Of a DNA stretch of 64,000 bases, positions 1 to 12,603 are shown piece after piece. The position numbers and the translations under genes were made by a program. Numbering within the stretch: position 1 is the first letter of the stretch; each line of letters opens with the position of its first letter. Source of the DNA: the human T2T-CHM13v2.0 reference genome, Homo sapiens. The DNA lies in NCBI RefSeq assembly GCF_009914755.1, contig NC_060935.1; one strand, 5' to 3'. Below the pieces are notes generated by a model. It did not search any database. It had not been told where the DNA came from and saw nothing but the letters and a program-made list of their open reading frames with translations.

Positions 1-2462
<2,462 letters not shown>

Positions 2463-2498
2463 TTAGTTGATGCAGTTTCTTCCTAGTCTCGATGGTCT

Positions 2499-3515
2499 TT
2501 ACATTTTGGCATGATCTTGCAGTGGCTGGTACCGGTTGTTCCTTTCCATGTTTAGTGCTTCCTTCAGCAGCTCTTTTAGGGCAGGCCTGGTGATGACAAA
2601 ATCTCTCCGCCTTTGCTTGTCTGTAAAGGATTTTATTTTTCCTTCAGTTATGAAGCTTAGTTTGGCTGGATATGAAATTCTGGGTTGAAAATTCTTTTCT
2701 TTAAGAATGTTGAATATTGGCCCCCACTCTCTTCTGGCTTGTAGGGTTTCTGCCGAGAGATCCGCTGTTAGTCTGATGGGCTTCCCTTTGAGGGTAACCC
2801 AACTTTTCTCTCTGGCTGCCCTTAACATTTTTTCCTTCATTTCAACTTTGGTGAATCTGACAATTATGTGTCTTGGAGTTGCTCTTCTCGAGGAGTATCT
2901 TTGTGGCGTTCTCTGTATTTCCTGAATCTGAACGTTGGCCTGCCTTGCTAGATTGGGGAAATTCTCCTGGATAATATCCTGCAGAGTGTTTTCCAACTTG
3001 GTTCCATTCTCCCCATCACTTTCAGGTACACCAGTTAGATGTAGATTTGGTCTTTTCACATAGTCCCATATTTCTTGGAGGCTTTGTTTGTTTCTTTTTA
3101 TTCTTTTTTCTCTAAACTTTCCTTCTGGCTTCATTTCATTCATTTCATCTTCCATTGCTGATACCCTTTCTTCCAGTTGATCACATCGGCTCCTGAGGCT
3201 TCTGCATTCTTCACGTAGTTCTCGAGCCTTGGTTTTCAGCTCCATCAGCTCCTTTAAGCACTTCTCTGTATTGGTTATTCTAGTTATACATTCTTCTAAA
3301 TTTTTTTCAAAGTTTTCAACTTTTTTGCCTTTGGTTTGAATGTCCTCCCGTAGCTCAGAGTAATTTGATCGTCTGATGCCTTCTTCTCTCAGCTCATCAA
3401 AGTCATTTTCCATCCAGCTTTGTTCCGTTGCTGGTGAGGAGCTGCGTTCCTTTGGAGGAGGAGAGGCGCTCTGATTTTTAGAGTTTCCAGTTTTTCTGCT
3501 CTGTTTTTTCCCCAT
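2499..3515 (-). CDS. L1 ORF1p (338 aa), open frame; RNA-binding/chaperone protein
   Basis: MGKKQ...AKM, full length. ARR and YPAKLS motifs are intact, but REKG is REKS and KQMLR is KQRRR. Confidence 0.9.
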   Translation of the reverse strand: MGKKQSRKTGNSKNQSASPPPKERSSSPATEQSWMENDFDELREEGIRRSNYSELREDIQTKGKKVENFEKNLEECITRITNTEKCLKELMELKTKARELREECRSLRSRCDQLEERVSAMEDEMNEMKPEGKFREKRIKRNKQSLQEIWDYVKRPNLHLTGVPESDGENGTKLENTLQDIIQENFPNLARQANVQIQEIQRTPQRYSSRRATPRHIIVRFTKVEMKEKMLRAAREKSWVTLKGKPIRLTADLSAETLQARREWGPIFNILKEKNFQPRISYPAKLSFITEGKIKSFTDKQRRRDFVITRPALKELLKEALNMERNNRYQPLQDHAKM

Positions 3516-3876
3516 CTTTGTGGTTTTATCTACTTTTGGTCTTTGATGATGGTGATGTACAGACGGGTTTTTGGTGTGGATGTCCTTTCTGTTTGTTAGT
3601 TTTCCTTCTAACAGACAGGACCCTCAGCTGCAGGTCTGTTGGAGTACCCTGCAGTGTGAGGTGTCAGTGTGCCCCTGCTGGAGGGTGCCTCCCAGTTAGG
3701 CTGCTCGGGGGTCAGGGATCAGGGATCAGGGACCCACTTGAGGAGGCAGTGTGCCCATTCTCAGATCTCCAGCTGCGTACTGGGAGAACCACTGCTCTCT
3801 TCAAAGCTCAGATGGAAATGCAGAAATCACCCGTCTTCTGCATTGCTCAGGCCGGGAGCTGTAGAGCGGAGCTGTT

Positions 3877-3893
3877 CCTATTCGGCCATCTTG
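3877..3893 (-). promoter_or_regulatory. L1 5'UTR YY1-binding site
   Basis: Minus strand reads CAAGATGGCCGAATAGG, a few bases from the L1 5' end. Confidence 0.85.
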
Positions 3894-4128
3894 ACTCCGA
3901 AAGCTATTTTTAAAAACAATAGTGGGTATTTTGGATATCAAAACCAAAATTAAGGATTCAGTGAATGGGTTTAACAGCTAATGAGAGAATTAATACATTG
4001 GAAGATAGTTTGAAAGAAAGCATCAGACTGAAATACAGACAAGTAGCAAAAACACAGAGTGAAAGATAAGAGGCCAGTGGGGGGTATAGGCATATCCTAT
4101 ATAGTTCTGTATTTGTATTACTGACATT

Positions 4129-5414
4129 TGTATAAGGGTTCACCTGAGAAACAGAACCAACAGGATATATACATAGAGATTTATTATGAAGGATTCACTC
4201 CCAGAATTATAATAGAGGTTGAGAAGTCCCACAATCTGCCATCTGCAAATAGAGGCCTGGGAAAGCCAGTGGTGCAGTTCTAGTCCAAACCTAAAGGCCC
4301 TAGAATCAAGAACACTAATGTCCAAGGGCAGGAGAAGATGGATGTCTCTGCTCAAGAAGAAAGACTGAATTTGTCCTTTCTCTGCCTTTTTGTTTTATTC
4401 AGGCCCTCAGTGGACTGGAAGATACTTAGTCACATTGGTGAGGATAATCTTTACTCAGTTTACTGATTCAAATGCTAGTGTCTTCTCATTTATGCAGCCA
4501 ACAGACACATGAAAAAATGCTCATCATCACTAGCCATCAGAGAAATGCAAATCAAAACCACAATGAGATACCATCTCACACCAGTTAGAATGGTGATCAT
4601 TAAAAAATCAGGAAACAACAGGTGCTGGAGAGGATGTGGGGAAATAAGAACACTTCTACACCGCTGGTGGGACTATAAACTAGTTCAACCATTGTGGAAG
4701 ACAGTGTGGTGATTCCTCAAGGATCTAGAGCTAGAAATACCATTTGACCCAGCCATCCCATTACTGGGTATATACCCAAAGGATTATAAATCATGCTACT
4801 GTAAAGACACATGCACATGTATGTTTATTGCGGCACTATTCACAATAGCAAAGACTTGGAACCAACGCAAGTGTCCGTCAATGATAGACTGGATTAAGAA
4901 AATGTGGCACATATACACCATGGAATACTATGCAACCACAAAAAAGGATGAGTTCATGTCCTTTGTAGAGACATGGATGAAGCTGGAAACCATCATTCTC
5001 AGTAAACTATCTCAAGGGCAAAAAACCTAACACCGCATGTTCTCACTCATAGGTGGGAATTGAACAATGAGAACACTTGGACGCAGGAAGGGGAACATCA
5101 CACACTGGGGCCTGTTGTGGCGTAGGGGTGGGGGGAGGGATAGTATTAAGAGATATACCTAATGTAAATGACGAGTTAATGGGTGCAGCACACCAACATG
5201 GCACATGTATACATATGTAACCTGCACGTTGTACACATGTACAACATTGTACACATGTACCCTAGAACTTAAAGTATAATAATAAAAAAATCAAAAAAAC
5301 AAATGCTAGTGTCTTCTGGAAACACCCTCACACGTACACCCAGAACTAATGTTTTACCAGTTATCTGGGCATCCTTTAGCCCAATCAACTTGACACATAA
5401 AATTAATCATCACA
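4129..5414 (-). mobile_element. MLT2B-type ERVL solo LTR, interrupted by an L1PA5
   Basis: GAGAAACAGAACCAA...AAAATTAATCATCACA termini; 5-bp TSD ACATT at 4124-4128 and 5415-5419. Confidence 0.85.
4487..5300 (+). mobile_element. 5'-truncated L1PA5-like element (ORF2 C-terminus + 3'UTR + poly-A)
   Basis: ORF2 C-terminal translation; 3'UTR AATGTAAATGACGAGTTAATGG; 17-bp TSD AAATGCTAGTGTCTTCT at 4470-4486 and 5301-5317. Confidence 0.93.
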
Positions 5415-5759
5415 ACATTCCAGTAGGCAGAGGAGAGAAAGAATAGAAATGAAGCAATATTTGAAATGCAGTGGCTGAGAATTTTCAAAACTAGCAAATT
5501 AAATAAATCCAGTGTTTTAAGATTTTTCTGCAAACTTCTTGCAGGATAAATATTCCACATCTAGCATGTCAGAGTAAAGATGCTAAGAAACAAGGAAAGG
5601 AAATAATCTTAAAATCAGCCACAAGGCAGGCATATTACCTTTAAAGGCACAACAATAAGACCAGCAACTGACACATTAACAGAAAGAATGGAAGCCAAAA
5701 GACAGTGGAATAAGTGCTAAAAGAAAATAATTGTGAACCTTAGAATTCAAAACATCCAT

Positions 5760-6111
5760 TGTATTAGTCTGTTCTCATGCTGCTAATACATATCAAAGAT
5801 TGGGTAATTTATAATGGAAAGAGATTTAATGAACTCACAGTTCCACATGGCCGGGGAGATCTCATAATCTTGGCAGAAGGCAAAGGAGAAGCAAAGGCAC
5901 ATCTTACGTGGTGGCAGACAAGAGTGCTTGTGCAGGGGAACTCCCATATATAAAACCATCAGATCTCATGAGACTTACTCACTACCAAGAGATCAGTATG
6001 TGGGAGACTACCCCCTTGATTAAATTATCTCCACCTAGCCTCATCTTTAACACATGGGGATTATTACAATTCAAGGTAAGATGTGGGTGGGGACACAGCC
6101 AAACCACATCA
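5760..6111 (-). mobile_element. THE1 (B/C/D) MaLR solo LTR
   Basis: TGTATTAGTCTGTTCTCATGCTGC...CAGCCAAACCACATCA; TSD TCCAT at 5755-5759 and 6112-6116. Confidence 0.9.
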
Positions 6112-7002
6112 TCCATCAAAAACATTCTTCAAGAATAAATGTGAAATACATTTTCTAATATAAATGGAGAAAGTTCATAACCAGTAGATCTAAACTAAAG
6201 GAAATATTAAAAACTGGAAGGAAATAATACCAGGTTGGTAATATAGGAAGGAATGAAGAGACATAAAAATGAATAAATATAATTATTGTATAAAACTACC
6301 TAAAATAAATTTATAAATTATATGATAAAGATCTCATGAGTCAGAAGGAGATAAAGTGTTGTAAAGTCTTTACATTGTCCAAAAGAAGGTAAAAAATGCC
6401 ACTTAAAACTGAATTAGATAAGTCGATAAGCCATGATGCAATCTCTAGGGTAATCACCAAAAGAATTATAAAACAGCATTTGGTGTCCCAGCTAACATAA
6501 AAGAAAACTTGGATAATTCGAACACTTCAAGAGAAAGTAGGAAAAGAGAAAAAAATACATGGGACACAGAGAAAGAAATCCTAAAATCATAAAATTAAAA
6601 CCCAAATGTATCAGTTATTATAATGAAAATGAATTAAATGCTCTGATTAAAAATAAAAGATTACTAGGTACTACTAAAAAACTTTATGCTTTATACAAGA
6701 TATAGATAAAATATAAATATATAGAAAAAAGAAGAGATATTATGAAAATACTCAAAAGAAAGCTGGTACAGCTATAGCATCATAGTTAAAGACTTCAATA
6801 CCTTACAAAAGAAAGGGGGACACATTATAATAATTAAAGATTTAATTAACAAGGGTGGTCCTAAAAAGGCATGTTAGTGGAAAATTTACATGTTGAAATA
6901 CGTACATTAGAAAAGTAAAAAAGACTAAAAAACCAATGATCTGAGAATCCAACTTAAATAGGAAAAACAATATCAAATTAAATTTAAAAAAATAGAAGAA
7001 AG

Positions 7003-7305
7003 GAGTTGGGCCTGGTGGCTCACACCTGTAATCCCAGCACTTTAAGAGGCCAAGGCAGGCAGATCACTTGAGTCCAGGAGTTTGAGACCAGCCTTGGCAA
7101 CACAGTGAAACCGTCTCTACAAAAAATACAAAAAAATTGGCTTGGTATGGTGACACATGCCTGTAGCCCACCTACTTGGAAGCTGAGGTGGAGGATCACC
7201 TGAGCCTGGGAAGGTCAAGGCTGCAGTGAGCAGCTGTGATCATGCCACTGAATTCCAGCCTGGACAACAGAACAAGACCCTGTCTCAAAAAAAAAAAAAA
7301 AAAAA
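7003..7305 (+). mobile_element. AluJ
   Basis: Dimeric Alu with J-type GTCAAGGCTGCAGTGAGC and a poly-A tail. Confidence 0.92.
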
Positions 7306-8012
7306 CAACAAAGAAAAAACAAAACAGAGATTAATGAAATAATAAACTAAAATGGAAGTCAGCATAGCCAAAAATTGGTCTTTTGAAGAGGTTAAAATAA
7401 TTCTATAAAACCCTAGTGAGACGCATCAAAAACATGAAAGAAAACAATGTAATGAATGAAAAAAATGTAGTCACTTTATATCATTCAAATGTTAAAAAAA
7501 AATAGAGTATTAAGAAATTTAATGTTCTTAAAAATAATGTAATTAATCTGAAAACTGATCAAATTTTTAGAAAATGTTATCAAACTTATCAAAACTGTCA
7601 CAAGAAGAAATAGAATATCCAGATAGTCCTGCAACTGTTAAGTAGAATACATAATTTAAAATCTTACATGAAGAAAACTGCAGTTCCAGATGGTTTCACT
7701 GGTAGATTCTACAATGGTCTAAGGAAAACATAACATCAATCTTAAACTCTTCCAGAGACTATAAAAAGAGAAAATATCCTCCAACTTGTTTCATTAAGCA
7801 GTTATGATTTTGATACCTGAAGTTGATAAGGACGTTACAGAAAATAAGGTCAATTTCATTCATAAAAATACATGCAAAAATCTTTTTAAAATGTTAGCAA
7901 ACCGAATCCAGTGATAAATAAAAAAGTGATAAAATATCACAACCAAACAGAATTTAACCAGGAATGCATTATTGGTTTAACATTCAAAAATTAGTTAATG
8001 TAATTTGCCACA

Positions 8013-8380
8013 TGTATGGTTTGAATGTTTGTATCCTCCCAAAATTCAAATGTGGAATCCTAATCTCCAGTGTGAAGGTATTTGAAGGTGGGGCCTTTGG
8101 GAGGTAATTAGATCATGAGGGTAAAGCCCTCATGAATGGGATTAGCGCCCTTATAAAAGAGTCCCCAGAGAGATCTCTCCCCAACCCCACCTTCCACTGT
8201 GTGAGATTACAGTGAGTAGATGGTTGTCTATAAGGAAGCAGGCCCTTGTTGGACACTGAATTTGCCTACAACTTGATCTTGGATTTTCCAGCCTCTAGAA
8301 CTGTGAGAAATAAATTTCTATTGTTTATAAGCCATCCAGTATATGGTATTTTGTTACAGCAGCCTAAAAGGACCAAGACG
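8013..8380 (+). mobile_element. MLT1A/A0 MaLR solo LTR
   Basis: GGTGGGGCCTTTGGGAGGTAATTAG...TTTTGTTACAGCAGCC; TSD CCACA at 8008-8012 and 8381-8385. Confidence 0.88.
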
Positions 8381-8438
8381 CCACATTAACAGAATAAAGG
8401 AGGAAAAAATTATGAGATAATTTCTGTAAATGTAGTAG

Positions 8439-8492
8439 GACCAATTGATAAAATTTGACCAATTGATAAAATTTGACCAATTGATAAAATTT
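8439..8492 (+). repeat. 18-bp tandem repeat x3 (GACCAATTGATAAAATTT)
   Basis: Three perfect copies starting at 8439, 8457 and 8475. Confidence 0.95.
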
Positions 8493-9130
8493 AACTCCCA
8501 TTTATGATAAAAATGCTAAGCAAAATAGGATCAGGAGAGAACTTCTTAATCAGATAATAAGTACCTAGAAAATGCAGCAAACATACTTCATGTGTAATAC
8601 TGAAAACCTTTCCTATGAAGTCAAGAATAAGACATGGAACAATAGGGCATGGAAGTCAACTGTTACTACTTCTATTTTACATTAAATTGAAGGATCTAGT
8701 CAATGCATTAGGGCAAGAAAAAATTAGAAACTAAAAGTATAAGAATTACAATGGAAGAAAAACTACAATTATTCACAGATAATATAATTATATGCCCAAA
8801 GAAGTCTAAAAGAAATTATTTAGAGTTAATAAATGAATTGAACAAAGTGCTACTAGGTGAATATAAAATATCAATTGCACCATATATGAAAATATATATA
8901 ACTTAAAATGAAATTAAAAAGATATCATTTGGATTAACATCAAAATATTAAATATATGTGATAAAAATGTCTAAGACCTTCACTCAGAATATCATTATAG
9001 AAACAAACTAAAGACATAAATATATGGGGGAACATGTCATGTCTGTGGATTTTAAGACTCAATTTAAAAAATATATAACCCCCCCCGACTAATCTATAGT
9101 TCCAATGCAATCCTAATCGAAATCTCAATG

Positions 9131-9223
9131 TATTATTTTTAAACATTTATTTTAGGTTCAGGGGTACACATGCAGGTTTGCTATATAGGTGAACTGTGTG
9201 TCACAGGTTTGGTGTAGAGATTA
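9131..9223 (-). mobile_element. Short L1PA13-16/L1PB 3'-end fragment
   Basis: TTTTAGGTTCAGGGGTACACATGCAGGTTTG... matches the reverse L1 3' terminus. Confidence 0.7.
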
Positions 9224-9817
9224 TGAACATTAACAATCTGATTCTAAAAAGTTTTATGGAAATGCAAAAGGCCAAAGATAACCAAAATAATCTTGAAGGA
9301 GAAAAAAGTGGGAAGACTTGTGTTATTGGATATCAAAACTTATAAAGCTGCAGTTAAGACATTATTGACATAAAGATATTCAAATAGTTTACTCAAATAC
9401 AATATCCCACAAAATAGCTCTATGGACATAGAAACAATTTGTGACAAATGTGGCTCTGAAAAACTGGGGAAAGGCAAACTTTTCAATAAATGGTGCTGTG
9501 TCAACTGGCTGTCCACATGGAAAAAATAAATCTCAACCCCTGCCTCACTATGTACAAAAAATGAATCCCAAGTGAATAGTAGATAGAAAGCAAAGACAGT
9601 ACAGCTTCTACAGGAAAATCCATGAGAACATCTTCCTAACTTTGAGGTAGGAATGACTTTTTAAACAACACACATAAAACAAAACCAAAAAGGGAAAGAT
9701 TGATAGATTGATAAGGACATATTAAAATTAAGAATTTCTGTTTATCAAGGGGCACTACTAAGAAAATATGAGACTATATTTAGAACATACATAATGAGTA
9801 AGGGGCTCATATTCAGA

Positions 9818-9821
9818 ATGT

Positions 9822-9865
<44 letters not shown>

Positions 9866-9866
9866 G
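9818..9866. repeat. (TG)n(TA)n microsatellite
   Basis: Read directly. Confidence 0.95.
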
Positions 9867-9967
9867 CATGCAATAAGAAAAAGACAATCCAAAGGAAAAA
9901 TGAGTGAGATAGTTGAGCAAGCACTTCACAATAGCATATCCCAAATGACCCATAAATATATGAAAAG

Positions 9968-10216
9968 ACCCCCATCCAACTTTTACCAGGATCCAAGCCC
10001 CCATTCTTTCTGTAACCTAAAGATGATATGTAAGTTTCTGTATCTCACTGGGAAGTTGAGTCTTCATTCTGAAGGTTCCTATGTATACACATTAAATACA
10101 TTTGTATGCCTTTGGCCCCCATAGTTACAGCATGTGAGCATAACTCACCAAAGCCACTCTGTTCTTCTGCAAGCCTCAGTGAAGAGAACCCAGGAACCTG
10201 ACGAGCCAGTAAAAGG
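9968..10216 (+). mobile_element. ERV1 (MER4-group, MER65/MER57-like) 3' part of LTR plus internal leader, ending at the putative major splice donor
   Basis: CCCCCATTCTTTCTGTAACC...TATA-like GATATGTAAG...ATTAAATACATTTGTATGCC...TTGGCCCCCATA (LTR end ~10123), then a leader ending GGAACCTGACGAGCCAGTAAAAGG. Confidence 0.65.
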
Positions 10217-10297
10217 ATACAGGGCCTTGCTATGTTGCCCAGGCTAGTGTCAAACTCCTGGGCTCAGGTGATCCCCCTGAGCTACTGCACCCAGCTT
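10217..10297 (-). mobile_element. AluJ/FLAM left-arm fragment with internal deletion
   Basis: ACAGGGCCTTGCTATGTTGCCCAGGCT...CTCCTGGGCTCAGGTGATCC...TGAGCTACTGCACCCAGC, with no poly-T/linker upstream. Confidence 0.8.
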
Positions 10298-10439
10298 GGA
10301 TTCAATTTTAGATTGGAAAAAAACACAACAGCTCTTTTGGGGAAACAATTGGAGAAAGTAGACTTTGAACCATATATTGGATAACATGACTGAAACAATG
10401 TTGAAAATACATAAATACAACCTAAGACTAACCTAAATG

Positions 10440-11915
10440 ATATTGATAGAAGAAAACGGGAGAGAGCTTCATGACACTGGATTTAGCAATGATTTCTTAG
10501 CTATGACCCCAAAAGCACAGGCAACAAATGCAAAAATAGATAAACTGGACTACCTCAAACTTAAAAACTTCCATTTATCAAAGGAAACGACAGAATAAAA
10601 AGACAACTTATGGAATAGGAGAAAATATTTGATATATATGTGATAAGAGTTTAACATCTAGAGATATTTGATATATATACATATCACACACATATATAGG
10701 TTTAACATCCAGAATATAAAAAGAACTTCTACAACCCAACAACAGCAAAAACCACATTACCCAATTTTAAAATGGGCAAAGAACTTGAATAGACTTTCTT
10801 CAAAGAAGATATACAAATGGCCAACAAACATGAAAAGATGTTCAACATCACTAATCACTAGAGAAATGCAAATCAGAACTACATTAGATATCACCTCACA
10901 CCAATTAGGTTGGCCACTAAAAAAAAGTAACAGTTGGCAAGGACATGGAAAAATTAGAACCCTTGTGCACTGTTGGTGGTAATGTAAAATGGTGCAGCTG
11001 CTATGGAAAATAGTATGGTGGTCCGTCAAAATTACCGTATGACCCAGCAATTCCACTTCTGGCTATATATCCAAAAGAATTGAAAGCAGGATCTTGAAAA
11101 GGTGTGTGTATACCCATGTTCATTGCAGCATTACTCACAATAGCCAAGAAATGGAAATAACGCAAACGCCTACTGATGCATGAATGGATAAAGAAAAGGT
11201 GGTATATACATACAATGGAATAACATTCAAATAACATTCAGTCTTTAAAAGAAGAAAGGTGGCTCATGCCTGTAGTCCCAGCACTTTGGGAAGTTGAGGT
11301 AGATCGCTTGAGTCCTGGAGTTTGAGACCTGCTGGGGTAACATAGTGAAACTCTGTCTCCACAAAAAATTATATATAAAAAAATTAGTTGGGTGTGGTGG
11401 TGCACACTTGTAGTCCTGACTTCTGAGGCAGGGTGGCTGGGGCTGGGGCAGTAGTCTTGTTGGAGCTCAGAAGTTCGAGGTTACAGTGAACTGTGATCAC
11501 ACAACTGCACTCCAGCCTGGGCAACCGAGTGAGACCCTGTCTCTAAAAAAGAAGAAAATCTTGCCACATGCTACAACATGGATGAACCTGGAGGACACTG
11601 TGTATACTGAATGAAGTAAACCATTCCAGAGGACAAATACTGTGTGATTCCACTTACATGAGATATGTAGGGTAGTCAAAATCATGGGTACAGAAAGTAG
11701 CAATAGGAAGATGGTTTCCGGGGTGAGGAAGGGGGAGGGAGTAACGGGAAGTTGTGTTTGATGGATATAGGGTTTCAGTTTTGCAAGATGAAAAGTTCTA
11801 GAGATCTGCTACACAACAGTGTGAATATAGTGAATGATACTGTACACTTAAAATAGTTGAGAGGGTGAAATTTATATAGTGCAGCTTTACCACAATGAAA
11901 ATAAATAATTTTTTA
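10440..11915 (+). mobile_element. L1MB-type 3' portion (ORF2 end + 3'UTR), interrupted by AluJ
   Basis: ORF2-like translation (LKWAKNLNR...MKRCSTSLITREMQIRTT); 3'UTR GTTTCAGTTTTGCAAGATGAAAAGTTCTAGAGATC. Confidence 0.85.
11258..11546 (+). mobile_element. AluJ (slightly 5'-truncated)
   Basis: Dimeric Alu; TSD AAAAGAAGAAA at 11247-11257 and 11547-11557. Confidence 0.88.
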
Positions 11916-12187
11916 TTGAAAAGAGTGTATGAAAAGGCACATTCTCATTAGGAATCAGGAAAATGCTAAATAAAACCACAATCAGGTGCCACTATATATC
12001 CATCAAAATGGCCAAAACTAAAAAGATGGATAATATCAAGTTTTGGTAAAGATATGGAACAATAGAAATTTTTATTCATTGGTGGGAGTGGAAATTATAA
12101 TTGTTTGGAAAACTCTCTGGCATTGACTATAAAATTTAAATATAGGTATGCCTTAGAAACCAGCAATTTCACTCCTGGGTGTACCCT

Positions 12188-12603
12188 TGTGTTAGTTTGC
12201 TAGGAATGCCACAACTAAGTGCCATATACTGGGTGGCTTACAACAAAAATGTATTCTCTTACAGTTCTGGAGGCTAGCAATCTGAAATCAAGGTGTTGGC
12301 AGCGTCTTGCTCTTTTAGAAACCTCTAGGGGTAGATTCTTCCTTGCCTCTTCTAGGGCTTGGGTCCTTGGCTTGCGGCAGTGTAACTCCAGTCTCTGCCT
12401 GTGTCTTTGTGTGGCCGTCTTCTTTCTCTGTGTCTTGTGTTCAACTTTCCCTCTCTCATAAGGACACGGGTCATACTGGATTAGGGGTCCATCCTAATTA
12501 CTTACATCTGCAAAGTCCTATTTCCAAATAAGATCACATTCACAATTACTAGGAGTGAGGATTTCAACATATCTTTTTTAAGAACACAAATCAACCCACA
12601 ATA
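12188..12603 (-). mobile_element. MLT1B/C MaLR solo LTR
   Basis: TGTGTTAGTTTGCTAGG...CAGTTCTGGAGGCTAG...TCAACCCACAATA. Confidence 0.8.

Noticed and set aside
3518-3953. Plus-strand ORFs antisense to the L1 5'UTR (possible ORF0)
   Set aside because: ORF0 lies in the segment removed by the 97/622 splice; these frames do not match it.
8439-8492. Short direct repeats considered as a CRISPR-like array
   Set aside because: No spacers, no cas genes, human DNA; a simple tandem repeat.
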